Origin: Octopus sinensis
Lineage: Eukaryota
Reading direction: 5' to 3'
Assembly: GCF_006345805.1 (NCBI RefSeq)
Contig: NC_043013.1
Span: 19,096,001-19,160,000 of the forward strand
DNA length: 64,000 nt
The notes under the pieces: generated by a model
What the model was told of the DNA's origin: nothing
The model's database searches: none
What the model saw: the letters and a program-made list of their open reading frames with translations, nothing else
Part shown: positions 51,600 through 64,000 of the stretch, piece after piece
Position numbering within the stretch: the stretch's first letter is position 1
Layout: the number at the start of each line of letters is the position of its first letter
Translations under genes and position numbers: made by a program

Positions 51600-51880
51600 C
51601 AAGTTAGTGGTCTCAGAGGTGTTATCATGCATTGAGCCGACCAGGTCAACCAGTGCTTTCCCAATGCTGGCGGTCCCGTGCACGCACTTCTGCATCTTCC
51701 AAGGTGATGTTGAGCCTCTGGAGATCTTCCCCAATCACGTCCAACCATCTGGTGCGGGGCCTGCCAAGAGGCCTCTTCCAATTCGCAGCTGCTACGCCGA
51801 ATTGGAATAAAGCCCCAGTCGGATGATGTAGCTGTAAACGGAGAATATGTCCGTATCAGCGAATGTAAAGGATAGCTATA
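51600..51880 (-). mobile_element. RTE-clade LINE C-terminal relic
   Basis: Minus frame WKRPLGRPRTRWLDVIGEDLQRLNITLEDAEVRARDRQHW matches the RTE ORF C-terminal motif. Confidence 0.75.
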
Positions 51881-53015
51881 AGTTGGAGGCTGCGGGCTGA
51901 TGCATATGCGCACGCAGCTCTTTGTTGGAAACGCAACGGTTTATATTATAAAGAAGGTATTATTAGGAATTGCATAAAAAACAGAACCCTGGTTGAGAAC
52001 CATTGGACAAAATGATTAACAAGCAAATTTAAAGAATGCATGTAAAATGAGCGTTGGTTCAAACGGGAATCGAAATCTACTCTTCCTGCACATCGGATCT
52101 TCTCCGTTGCACTCGACCAAATACATCGCATCCTTTTGATACCCTCAACTAAACAATTATACAATTAGCCGATAATTTCCTGCCTACTGTCTTGCAGTTA
52201 TAATCAAGGTTACTTCATTGATATAGTGAACATATGTGTGTGTGTGGGCGCGTCTGCATGCAGTTTGTTGGTATGTGTCCGAGTGAGAGACAATATTTGT
52301 GTTTGTGTGTTTATGTTTGCCGTGAATATGCGTCTGTGCTTTAGTAGTTGGGTTAATCTATTTAGATTAATTCGCAATTAATTAGTCTATTCTGTCATTT
52401 TAATTACGTTATATGGTTTATTCATTTACGTAAATGTAGCTTAATGTACATATTAACTCATTATTTTTATTCAGTTCAGTCTTTTGACTTTAATTAAGAA
52501 ATCATTATGAAATGAAATGGATGTGATATGTATAAGTATGTGTATGTATATGCAAATATGCATATACATATATATATATATATACATACATGTGTACAGA
52601 TGTAATTGAGGCCAGAAGTTATACTCTTGAAGTTAAGTCATTACGTATGTACGTATTTCGGAATGAATGTGTATGCATATATGCAGATACATGTGTATAT
52701 GCACACATACACACGGTTACGTACATATACGCACATGTGTGTATATAAGTTTTCTGACTCATTTTCTCAAATTATTTTTCACAAATGCCTGTTAAATATA
52801 TTACTGTTATCTAATCGCTGGTCAGTGCAGATTCGGCAAACCTATGAGCAAATGGATCACAGCCGTGAGATTATCCTATCTTTTTTCCTGCCAAACATTC
52901 TACCCTATTAAAAACAAAAATAGGATGTGATTTAATGGAGATTTAACTGTTATAAGTAGCTGATCAGGTGACATGTAGAGTATCTCTTCCATCTTTCCTT
53001 GTCTTTTCCACTTAA

Positions 53016-53417
53016 TCTATATATATAAAGCTGAAGTTGTTTGTGTGTGGCAGGTTTCGTAGCCTTAAACTAACACTATCTCCTCCGAGACCCTGTGGAG
53101 CAAGTTGACCAAAATTGAGAGTATGATAGAAGAAGGCTTGCTCTTCATTCTTCATTCCGCAGAAGATAAAATTCAAATCGGACCATGTTAAGACCAAAAT
53201 TTATTTACATCAAGAAGGTGCTTTATTTCTATGAAAATCCCTATTTTTTATGATTTTTTGACTGCTGTGTCGCTATTTTTCGGAGTATTTCAACCAGAAA
53301 AATGTTCACTTAAAGAGAATAACAAGCTACATAATGCAAAATTTTTACTTTTCAAAACTTCCAATTGTAAAGTAAAGGGTCGAAACAAACCCGAGCAACG
53401 CCGGGCGATACTGCTAG
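53016..53417 (+). mobile_element. Complete non-autonomous Helitron (402 bp)
   Basis: A|TCTATATATATAAA at the 5' end, hairpin cccgagcaacgccggg, and CTAG|T at the 3' end. No TSD. Confidence 0.85.
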
Positions 53418-53730
53418 TTATTTCATAACGGTAATGTGCACAATTAATTATCAGTTTCGCAGACATCAGCACGCATCAGCAAATTATTAAGTTGGTGAAT
53501 TCTACAAACGTGAGCCACCGATCTTGTTTGGACTCATTGATCTGGTGGTAACTTTGCTTGAAAAAATAAAATGAAATACGCAACGAGATCGAAATAACGT
53601 GGTGTCTCAGCGTCCCGTTTTCTGAATTAGTCGAGAATGCTGTGAATACACGTCATCTTAAATTTCATTATTGTTATCTACTTATATCGTGTTGATGTCT
53701 GTTCTACTATGAAACATTTAAGAATCTGTG

Positions 53731-53761
<31 letters not shown>

Positions 53762-53769
53762 CATTTTTG

Positions 53770-54150
53770 GAAGCACTCCGTCGGTTACGACGACGAGGGT
53801 TCTGGTTGATCCGATCAACGGAACAGCCTGCTCGTGAAATTAACGTGTAAGTGGCTGAGCACTCCACAGACACGTGTACCCTTAACGTAGTTCTCGGGGA
53901 TATTCAGCGTGACACAGAGAGTGACAAGGCCGGCCCTTTGAAATACAGGTACAACAGAAACAGGAAGTAAGAGTGAGAGAAAGTTGTGGTGAAAGAGTAC
54001 AGCAGGGATCACCACCACCCCCTGCCGGAGCCTCGTGGAGCTTTAGGTGTTTTCGCTCAATAAACACTCACAACGCCCGGTCTGGGAATCGAAACCGCGA
54101 TCCTACGACCGCGAGTCCGCTGCCCTAACCACTGGGCCATTGCGCCTCCA
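53770..54150 (-). mobile_element. tRNA-derived SINE family C (OR1/OR2-like head), full length
   Basis: tggaggcgcaatggcccagtggttagggcagcggactcgcggtcg...ggtttcgattccc, ending cctcgtcgtcgtaaccgacggagtgc. Confidence 0.85.
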
Positions 54151-54491
54151 CATGTGTGTGTCATTATTATATAATACAAAACAAGGGTAGTGGATTAACA
54201 GATTTGCTTGTAAAAATGCCTTGCGCTTTTTCTTCCGGATATTTATCGCAGTTCAGATCCCACCTAGGTGAACTTTGCCTTTCATCGCTTCAAGATTGAT
54301 AAAATAAAAAAGGAGACAAATGATAGGGGCTGATGTTATCAGCAACCACTGCTGAAAAGATTGATTGTCTTGTGTCTAAATTAGAAGCAATCTCATTATA
54401 TTGTGTATGCATGTAAGCAAGTATATCTAACTATCTATCAATGTGTGTGTGCGTGCGCGCACGTGTATGTGTGTTTGTATACAGGTATGTG

Positions 54492-54527
<36 letters not shown>

Positions 54528-54643
54528 CAGACGCAAGTATGTGCGTGTATGTATATATATATATATACATACATACACGCACATACTTGCGTCCGTCTAT
54601 CTATCTATCTATATACACATACCTGTATACATACATATATATA

Positions 54644-54689
<46 letters not shown>

Positions 54690-54714
54690 TGTGAATATAT
54701 ATATATGGTTCAAA

Positions 54715-54835
54715 TGTACAGAAAACAAAAGACAAAGTCAAGAAAAGGAACAACAGGCAGGTGCATTAGTTTGACGCTCGGGAAGAATGGAAAAAATCTT
54801 TGACGTTTCGAGCCTACGCTCTTTCACATAAAAAG
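54715..54835 (-). mobile_element. PLE-like terminus, family 2
   Basis: Reverse complement reads tgtgaaagagcgtaggctcgaaacgtcaaaga. Confidence 0.5.
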
Positions 54836-55087
54836 ATAAGAGGGAAAAAATGGAGAGAGAAAAAGAAACGGAGTGATTAAAACATGTGCCGGTATAAACG
54901 GTTGCTCAGGTGTATGTGTATGTATGTATGGCTATGCATGTCTGTATATGATTAAGTAGGTTTTAAAAGTATCCTTTTGAATTAATCCACCTATTTCATT
55001 AGATCTATTGAACTACTCGTTCAATAAAATATACACAACGTATTTGGAGCAAAGAAAGAATGGTTACATATCAAAAGAATGGTTTAC

Positions 55088-55213
55088 CTCGGATGCAAGT
55101 TTTGCCATCGGGAAGCCGGGAATAAAATCTTTCACAGAAACATTCATAAGAACCTTGGTTGTTTCGGCAGATTTGGTTGCAGGTGTTTGCCTCCGTTTTA
55201 CACTCATCAATGT
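55088..55213 (-). CDS. Host gene exon: calcium-binding EGF domain (IDECKTEANTCNQICRNNQGSYECFCERFYSRLPDGKTCIR)
   Basis: Acceptor ...tgtaaaAG and donor G|GTAAAC. 126 nt, phase 1-1, cbEGF consensus. Confidence 0.92.
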
Positions 55214-55429
55214 CTTTTACATGTGAAGAAAATATAAGAATTGGTTGTTTTAGACATTTCTGAGAATAACAGTGGCAGCTGAGCGTGAATAAACGTGAAA
55301 TCATACTCACACACGCGCGCGCACGCACATACGCACACACACACACTCACACACTCAAACACTCACGCGCGGACAATACACAGTGGTAATTGATTTAGAG
55401 ACATTAACATTGGCAACTGAGACAAATTC

Positions 55430-55548
55430 TAAGAGAAAACAAAAGACAATGACAAGTGAGGGAACAACAAGCAGATGTATTATTTTAACGCCCGGGAAGA
55501 ACTGAAAAGTCTTCGACGTTTCGAGCCTAGGCTCTTCCACAGAAGCAA
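55430..55548 (-). mobile_element. PLE-like terminus, family 2
   Basis: Reverse complement reads ctgtggaagagcctaggctcgaaacgtcgaagac. Confidence 0.5.
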
Positions 55549-55911
55549 TGCAAATACAGTAATTGGTAACCAACACGATATTAGTAATTTAGATGCAGCA
55601 TAAATAATAGCAACGATATTATAATCTCATAACAGCCAATTAATGTTACCGAAGAGTTTCATGCTGACAAAGAAAAATTTTCAATAAGTCAAGAGTTAAA
55701 TTAGCAATCTTTAGCAATGTCTGATGATTGCTAATTTACCTGTCCACTTTTAGAAGGTTTTTCCTTTTCAGTATGAAACTGTTCGGTAACGTTAATTGCC
55801 TGTTTTGAAACAAAATTATGAAAATTATATGTGTGAAGAGATGAATGAATTTATGCATGTATTATTCAAGCAGAAAAGTCGCTTAACTCAGCCCCTGTGT
55901 GAGACACATAC

Positions 55912-56175
55912 TTGCTGTCAATATGTGAAGACCCGGAACAAATACGAGACGGCTTCTCATTTGTTTATCTAAGAAAACAGTGCCATTCCATCGTCCTGGA
56001 GTGGTACTGAATTTCTCCCCTGCCACCGTAAGATATAAAGCAAAGTGGATCAGTGGGAGTACAATACTAAAGGGATATAAGCGAAGAGGATGTGGTGGTG
56101 TATATGTCATTACTAAGAATATAATAACGGTGAACTGGTTATTCCCTCTTTGTTCAACGTCAGTTACGACTAAGT
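55912..56175 (-). CDS. Host gene exon, 88 aa extracellular module, possibly SEA-like (DLVVTDVEQRGNNQFTVIIFLVMTY...HILTA)
   Basis: Acceptor atatgcAG and donor A|GTATGT. 264 nt, phase 1-1, open frame, lies between two cbEGF exons. Domain identity is inferred. Confidence 0.75.
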
Positions 56176-57087
56176 CTGCATATATCTTCAATCGAAGAAC
56201 TTGAATACAAATTTGCTCTTAGTTACGGAAGACTGGGGCACGAGATCAGGCTTCCGTTTTCAGTTAAACCGTGTATCCTTATTGTACAATGGAACTAGGA
56301 TTAGGGTTAGGGTTAGAGTTAGGGTACAGAATAGTATACAAAAGTATAGAATAGAATACAAAAGTTTCTTATCTGTTTTAATTTCTTACAGAAATCGTTG
56401 TCTTGGTCCCCATCCACCCCTTCCCGTTTCAAATATCATTTCGCTTTGAGCAGGTACATGATTAAACGACTTTTACCTATGAGCAACTTGTTTCATCTTC
56501 AGCCCTAGTGTAACTTCGAATGCATTTACGAAATGTATTGTTGCACTTTTATGAAGTGGTTTTAAGGAGATTAGACGGGTATTTCTCGCAGGTCGAGCGA
56601 CGATGTAGAGAATCGACATGACAGTGTTAGTTATTGTGATTTATCTCATACATCAATTAATCAATCAATCATTTGGTTTGTACCGCATGAAAGGTCAACA
56701 AGACAAAGGTCAGGTTGGTGCAACAGAGAGAAACCATTATTCCAAAGTTCTGTTATCCGTAAAATAAAACATAAAAGAAGTATCAAGTGGATGCTTTTGA
56801 AAATAGATATTTGAGTATAAAATGTGAGGTTTCCTTCAGATCAACAACACACAATGTAGCTTTTAAAATACTTTGAAAAGATTCTTTTGCTAAAGATCTG
56901 TTTGCTCCGCTCTACTGAAAGCCTCCAGTAAAAAAACGATTCAATGCGGTTGGATTGACCAAAGATTCAATACCACTTGTCCAAGAAAATTCTACAACAA
57001 TCAACCACAGATAATGCCAAGTTAGTGGTGTGTAGTAACAACAATACAAAAATGTTAAAATGCTATTTGATGAGCTTAAAACTACAA

Positions 57088-57143
<56 letters not shown>

Positions 57144-57312
57144 GACAAACACATATGCACACACACACACACACACACACCACACACACACACACATATA
57201 TATATTATATGCACACACATATGCAAACAGATACAAACATACTAATATATGGTTGTGTGTTGTATATATATATACATATATATATATATATGCATACATA
57301 TATATATATATC

Positions 57313-57343
<31 letters not shown>

Positions 57344-57473
57344 TATATAATATATATATATATTATATATATATATATATCTATATATATATATATATAT
57401 ATAATATATATATAATATATATATATATATTTATAAATATATAATATATATATGTAATATATATATATATATT

Positions 57474-57561
<88 letters not shown>

Positions 57562-57569
57562 TATATATG

Positions 57570-57612
<43 letters not shown>

Positions 57613-58801
57613 ACATACATACATACATACATATGCACGCACACACATACGCACACGCACATACATTGAGAGTGAGAGAAAGAGACATAGCTAACAGCAG
57701 ATAGATATAGAGAGATTAGATAGATAAGTAGATAGTGAAGCAAATATATAAGACAAAATAAGAATGATTGAAAGTCTTCGGATTATTCCTTTATTTCTCT
57801 ATTGTTGTCTCAAGGGGGGGGGGGAATTTTATTTGTTGATTCTACGAGTTGATGCTTGCTGACAATATTGGTCTTCTTCCTTCATGTCGTTTTGGTTCCG
57901 GCTAAAATTGGTTCTTTGGGAATGAGAAAATCGAATGCTTTTGAGTAGTTGTGCTGACTGTAGATATTGTTGGTAACCTTTGTTTATGAGAGAGGTAGGC
58001 GAGGGCAGGGAATATGAATGGCGAAATCGATGCTGGTAAATTGATACTTTAATTCTTCCAGAAAATAAAATAAAAAAAATAATGCGAAAAGAGCAGCAAA
58101 TGCCAAGTTAACAAAAAAATGTTATCAAATGATATTTCTATTGCAAAAGCTGAGCCGCAGGTTCAAATCAACAATGCGACTGTGACTCATCTGATTAAAA
58201 TTTCTGGTATTTCTCTTATTCAGAACATAGAATTATTGAAGTTTATCGTTGTCGTTGTTGTTGTATAGCCCTGGGCTGGTTTTGATCGAGTAGAGCTATG
58301 GTTAAATACTAACCACCCTCAACACCTTTGCTCAGATATTGTGTCTTCGACATGAATATCTAACGTGTCCCGTTTGTGATTTATGAGTCTGTGGGGCGTG
58401 ATTCGAGGGAGACAGATTGCTGTTTCTAGCACGTTGACCACCTTGCGCTTCCTTCTTTGCATTAAAGAAGCTTATTTATTCATGGGTTCTTATTATTTTC
58501 TGTTAGCACAGACTGGGTGACATCACTCTTAAACATTTAGATCTGTCAGGTTCGACAGAAAGGCGTAATTCAGTGCCCCGCAAAATTACTGCAGTGTGCG
58601 TTATAGAATACAGATGAGCCTCAAATTATATAGGTGATGGGTGAAATTATATTAAGTAATATTCGTAACCACTTTAACATGGCTGTCCGTTCGAGCGGAT
58701 TTTATAACACCAAGAGGACATCTTCTCTAGCTGGTTACCGATACACAGTTGCATCCGATAAAATTGCGAACAGGAGAGCGCACTCCTACCACCTCCTTGC
58801 G

Positions 58802-58867
58802 ACGGGACCGGTTGACCAGTCCAGCTTTCGGGCTATTTCTGCCATTCCTCAGTACTGGACACCTCGT
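58802..58867 (-). ncRNA. Degenerate copy of the same hammerhead
   Basis: CCAGUA CUGAGGA AUGGC AGAAAUA GCCC GAAA GCUGGACUGGUC AACCGG. Helices I and III are disrupted. Confidence 0.6.
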
Positions 58868-59180
58868 CTGCTGGAAATGATAGCAGCTTGCTTCTGCACG
58901 TAATGAATATATACATTTCAAGCGAACTCCTCACAGTCACTGATTTTGCGCTAGTTCTAAAATCTTTCTAAGAGTCCAAAGCAGTAGATGTACTGACAAG
59001 TAATATTCTCACGGACTCTACTGCGATTTTTTTAACCCTAAGAGGACATTTCCTCTAGCTGGTTAACGACGCACAGCTGCATCCAATAAAATTGTATTTT
59101 TGCTTCTTGCAAAACCAGCGACTGTATGCTGGCTTGAAATATATATTCTTACAGAAGCAAGCTGCTATCATCTCTTGCAG

Positions 59181-59246
59181 ACGAGGTGTCTAGTACTGAG
59201 GAGTGGCGCAAATAGCCCGAAACCAGGATTGGTCTACTGGTCCCGT
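59181..59246 (+). ncRNA. Extended type I hammerhead ribozyme with canonical core
   Basis: ACGAGG-UGU-CUAGUA [CUGAGGA] GUGGC-GCAAAUA-GCCC [GAA] ACCA-GGAU-UGGU [C] UACUGG-U-CCCGU. All core nucleotides present, GUC site at 59232-59234. Confidence 0.85.
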
Positions 59247-60095
59247 CACAGGAAGATGGTAGGGGTTCGCTCCCTTGCTCGCAATTCTATCGTATGCAGC
59301 TAAGCAATTTTATCGGGTGTAGGTGAAATTACATAGGAAACAGGGTAAATTACTTAGATTGTGAGTGATATTATATAGGTGATAGTGAAATTTCCTGGTC
59401 TTGCTAATGACAACAGCACAACTTATGTTACAGTTTTCACTTGCAACGATCAATTCTCGTAGTAAATTAACTTAATCACTTCTCGAGAACGCATTTTATG
59501 TAGGAACGTAGAATCATCTGCGTATGTGTAACTGTATACATAGTTCTTTCTACAAGTTCACTTCTATGAGAGTATGCACATCCTGCATCTTCTATTCACA
59601 CCATGCATATCCACTTGCATTTGGCGCTATCATAATTGGCATGTTCATTCTTATACCCTACAAGTTCCTTGTAAGCACCCTCAAACTTACTCCTACATTC
59701 TATCGGTGTATTCGTCAATTCACTGCCAAATACATGTACTATACACAAGCACGCACAAACACATACACACACACAGACACACACACATACATAATACATA
59801 CATACATACGTTGTGTACATCTTCGATAAGTATGTTGAACTCGGTGTTCATGTATTTGTCATTCTTAGTCTTTATCTATATGTCTATAATATTCTACATC
59901 TGTATATTATTCCTTCCCATTTTGTGCATTTGTAACATTCAGCCATTTCTTTAGTACATCAGTCATATACTTTATATACGTTTACAGTTTTCTTGGTATC
60001 GAAAAGGAAGCCTTATATTATATGTATGCTCTATAATAGAAAATATTACGAAACTCATTTGTTGATAATGGAATATATTCAAAAGGAATACATAC

Positions 60096-60215
60096 CTATA
60101 CATGTGTCATTAATTTTAGTAAATCCACTGTGACAACCACACTCGAAACTGCCTTCAGTATCTGTACAGGTCTGAGAACACGAGTTCAATGAGCCATCTT
60201 TACATTCGTCAATGT
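60096..60215 (-). CDS. Host gene exon: calcium-binding EGF domain (DIDECKDGSLNSCSQTCTDTEGSFECGCHSGFTKINDTCI)
   Basis: Acceptor ttttattttctcAG and donor G|GTATGT. 120 nt, phase 1-1. DIDEC consensus and six Cys. Absent from the ORF track because it is short. Confidence 0.92.
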
Positions 60216-60249
60216 CTGAGAAAATAAAAAAAAAGAGAAAAATGTTACT

Positions 60250-60366
60250 ACTTGGACGCTAAGTAAGGCATGTGTAAAATTTGAATGAAACCGGTTGTGT
60301 AGTTCTCGAGTTTTTGGGATTCACACAGACAGACAGACATACATTCTCATCTTTATATAGAGAGAT
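60250..60366 (-). mobile_element. 5' end of the same Helitron-like family
   Basis: gcatgtgtaaaatttgaatgaaa...cattctcatctttatatagagaga matches 34680-34790. Confidence 0.55.
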
Positions 60367-60519
60367 TTCTTTACTTTTCTTTATCGTTTACTCTTTTCTC
60401 TTTTATTGTCCCTTTCATTCTTCAAAAAAACGTTATGAATTCTGTAATTCATATTTTAAAATATCTCTGATTTTCTAATCTTTCTGTGCTGCATAATTTA
60501 TTCAAGTAATTATATATTT

Positions 60520-60745
60520 CTTTACTACCCACAAGGGGCTAAACACAGAGGGGACAAACAAGGACATACAAACGGATTAAGTCGATTATATCGACTCCAG
60601 TGCGTAACTGGTACTTAATTTATCGACCCCGAGAGGATGAAAGGCTAAGTCGACCTCGGCGGAATTTGAACCCAGGACGTAGCGGTAGACGAAATACGGC
60701 TACGCATTTCGCCCGGCGTGCTAACGATTCTGCCAGCTCGCCTTG
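60520..60745 (-). mobile_element. SINE family B
   Basis: Reverse complement match to 36505-36735. Confidence 0.85.
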
Positions 60746-61005
60746 CTACTATAATGTGTAGTGAGAGTCATTGAAACAGCTGTAGTAATAAATATTTCAA
60801 ATGTCTGATTTTTCTGTTGTTTTTTAAAAAATATGTATCTATATAGATGCAGGAATAGTTCTATTGTTAAGATCGCTTCATAACTTTGTGGATTTGAGAT
60901 TTGTTTTATTATCACTTTGTAGTCCCCTGGACAAATGTTTCTTTTTTTATTCTAGTTTTTTTAATGTGATTCAGTTGATGGAAAATGAACGTGTATTTGT
61001 GAGTG

Positions 61006-61082
<77 letters not shown>

Positions 61083-62241
61083 TCATAATCTTCTTAGTAA
61101 CTAAGAGCAGACGTTAAAACAGTGCTGAGATCAATATGATTGACAAAAATCCATCGGAAGTATACCACTGTGGCCGCAATCCAAATGTTGAAACCAGTAA
61201 AAGTACTTCTGAACAGAACTTTACACACACACACACACACACATACACACACACATCCACACACACACACACACACACACACATCAACAGTCGCCATGAG
61301 CTCGCTTCGTTGCTGCTAACAAAAATTATAAAAAAATGACAACCGACGCCACCCCACTTAAGTCTACCAATTTTTTGAAGTCGCGCTCTCTCGTAGTAAC
61401 CACCAGCTCCCTATCTGATTGTTTCCAAACAAATGTTCTTTTATATCACTTATAATAAAACAAATCTTTATCAGCTGGACTGTCAAATACATTTAATGTT
61501 TGTCAAGTTGAGGCATGCACGGGAGACAGGACGCTTTAAGTGAAGACATTGCTAAGAATCTTCATAAATATTTAGAAAAAACTATTCTCTCGTTGACAGA
61601 AAAGTGTTTGATAAACAACGCGCCTAGGTCAGGAAACATGTAATGTTATGTAACAGATTTAATTTAGATATAAGGAATATGATAAATAGCTTTCATTTTG
61701 ATGCAAGGGGCACATTAGAGATTGCGGACTAATTACGGGTAAGCAAATACAAAACGGATACCCACACACACACAGGCATACACGCTCATTCTTTCATGTG
61801 CTTATGTGTTCCTAAGCATGATCGCACGTATCAGTGTTGTATGTATGTATGTACGCACGTATATACGTAGTATGTATGTATGTTATGTATGTATGTATGT
61901 ATGTATGTATGTATGTATGTATGTATGTGCGTTTGTATGTATGAACGTATGTGTGTACGTATGAATGTATGGATGTTTATGCACGAGTTTATGTATATGT
62001 GTATGTATTCATGTATGTATGTACGTATAAATATATATAAGAGTGTATGTATATGCGTGTATGTCCGTATATATGTATGTATGAATGTACGTATAAATGT
62101 ATTTAAGAGTGTGTATGCGTTTGTATGTATATACGTATAAATGTATGGATAAAAATGCATGCGAGTATGTATGTATGTGTGTATGTATGTATATATGTAT
62201 GTGTATGTGTACGTATAAATATATGCATTTATAAATGTGTT

Positions 62242-62291
<50 letters not shown>

Positions 62292-62959
62292 GGTATGCAT
62301 GTATGTATATATATATATATGTATGTATGTAAGCATGTATGTATGCATATATGTATCAATATATGTATTTGCGTTTGTAGTGTGTTCTTATGTATGCACA
62401 CATAAATGTATGAATATTTATGTATGAGTGTATGTATATACTTATGAATGTGTGAATGTACATGTTTCCAAAAATCTGTCTAACTATCAATTTGTACATA
62501 CATATTTATATACACACATGAAGATATAAACACGTAGACATACATGCGCACACGACACACACACATTCAACGAGCGTTTATGCCTGTTCAATATACATAC
62601 ACATGCATATGTTTAACGAAAACAGCATAGTCATAACTGTGATGGGTGTGTATTAACGTGTGTGCTCATATACATAGATCTACTTTTGTACGTCACATAA
62701 GCGTTGACAGCATTAGAGTTGGGCGTTGATAGATGTGGTTATTGTTATACATGATTAGATATTCGCTTCAATGTGGGTGTTGTTTATTCAATTCGATCAA
62801 CGTTGGTTACTTTGAGATCACGATCTGTTAACTCTAAGGGTTATTTGACGTCATTCGGTGTGCTAGGATAGCCGAAGGAAATTGCAAGCATTATTGAATA
62901 TATCCCCGATTCAAACGATTGAAGGGGTCAACCACATAACACATGTTCAATCAAGCATA

Positions 62960-63335
62960 CTCTGGTGTGTGGCTGGATGGTAAGAAGCTTGCTTCCCAAC
63001 AACATGGTTCCGGGTTCAGTCTCACTGCCTGGCACTTTGAGCAAGTGTCTTGTACTATAACCTCGAGCCCACCAAGCCCTTCTGGGTGGATTTCATAGAC
63101 GGAAACTGAAAGAAGCACGTCGTATAAATATGTGTGTGTGTATGTGTGTGTGTATGTTGAAAAACGATGTTGGTGTGTTTACGTTGCCTTAACTTAGCGC
63201 TTCGGCAATAAGAGGAGATAAAATAATTGCTAGGCTTTAATAAAAAGTCCTTGGGTTAATTTGTCCGGCTAAAAATCCTTCAAATGCCCCAGCATGGCCT
63301 CAGTCAAATGACTGAAACAATTAAAAGATAAAGGA
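62960..63335 (+). mobile_element. SINE family A, diverged copy
   Basis: catggttccgggttcagtctcactgc...gtcaaatgactgaaacaa. Confidence 0.7.
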
Positions 63336-63372
63336 TTGCAGGCGTGTGTAGTAAGAAGGTATTTATATATCG

Positions 63373-63430
<58 letters not shown>

Positions 63431-63524
63431 GGTGTGTGTGTGTGTGTGAGTGTGTGTGTCTAAAGAAGTGCTCCGCAACCGAGACGATGCTCGTTACACT
63501 GCTGTGTAACTTGAATATATATAT

Positions 63525-63927
63525 CTTTTACTCTTTTACTTGTTTCAGTTATTTGACTGTGGCCATGCTGGAGCACCGCCTTTAGCCGAGAAAATCGACC
63601 GCAGGACTTATTCTTTGTAAGCCTAGTACTTATTCTATCGGTCTCTTTTGCCGAACCGCTAGGTTACGGAGACGTAAACACACTAACATCGGTTGTCAAG
63701 CGATGTTGGGGGGACAAACACAAACACACAAACATATATATATATATATATATACACATATATACGACGGGCTTCTTTCAGTTTCCGTCTACCAAATCCA
63801 TTCACAAGGCTTTGGTCGGCCCGAGGCTATAGCAGAAGACACTTGCCCTAGGTGCCACGCAGTGGGACTGACCCGGAACCATGTGGTTGGTAAGCAAGCT
63901 ACTTACCACACAGCCACTCCTGCGCCT
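63525..63927 (-). mobile_element. SINE family A, full length
   Basis: Matches 24899-25302. Confidence 0.85.
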
Positions 63928-64000
63928 TTTATATATATAAAAATTTTTTTTTCCTTATACTTTTAGTTCAGTTCTGCCGTCAATTTTGAAAAGAACATAA

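Larger units (their letters stand above)
58690..59325. mobile_element. Retrozyme-like repeat: ~329-bp unit on the minus strand (about 1.2 units) plus an inverted partial unit on the plus strand
   Basis: The direct repeat aagaggaca recurs at 58711 and 59040. Inverted arms at 58751-58923 and 59132-59297. Confidence 0.65.

Noticed and set aside
55716-55795. CTGATGA...GAAACTGTTCGGTA with a possible 5-bp helix I
   Set aside because: Helix II is long, irregular and closed by a U-U mismatch, and helix III has a 2-nt loop without a palindrome. It could be chance.
61094-61208. Minus frame STFTGFNIWIAATVVYFRWIF with a SEA-like pattern
   Set aside because: Only a weak GTTACT donor and a phase 2 entry. 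Could not be placed in the model.
62640-62830. Minus-strand DLKVTNVDR resembling DLVVTDVEQR of the 88-aa exon
   Set aside because: It needs two frameshifts and still hits a stop, and the similarity is too short to call.

Overview
AT-rich, microsatellite-saturated eukaryotic DNA. The tRNA-derived SINE families and repeat density point to an octopus genome, species not determinable. There is a 100-N gap at 41283-41382 and several near-identical duplications that may be assembly artefacts. Most listed ORFs are microsatellite read-throughs. A minus-strand gene for a type I membrane protein spans the window: cbEGF, a SEA-like region, cbEGF, a SEA-like region, EGF-like, Ser/Thr mucin stalk, TM, cytoplasmic tail. 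I assembled it by hand from splice sites and intron phases, and the model is incomplete. Its introns hold SINEs, CR1/L2-, RTE- and R4-like LINE relics, Helitron and mariner MITEs, a Chapaev3-like transposase relic and Penelope-like (PLE) termini. The main unexplained signal is a set of self-cleaving ribozyme motifs. (1) A 362-bp tandem array carries one type I hammerhead per unit with a rare U3-A8 core. Together with an inverted copy it brackets an orphan promoter plus first exon of an EFCAB14 homolog, all nested in an intron of the host gene. (2) A complete Schistosoma-type extended hammerhead sits in a ~329-bp retrozyme-like repeat at 58.7-59.3 kb. (3) Many minimal PLE-type hammerhead motifs occur, including a recurrent A6U variant. 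(4) Weaker twister-like and HDV-like relics lie near 47.8-48.2 kb. All ribozyme calls are by-eye folds and are untested.
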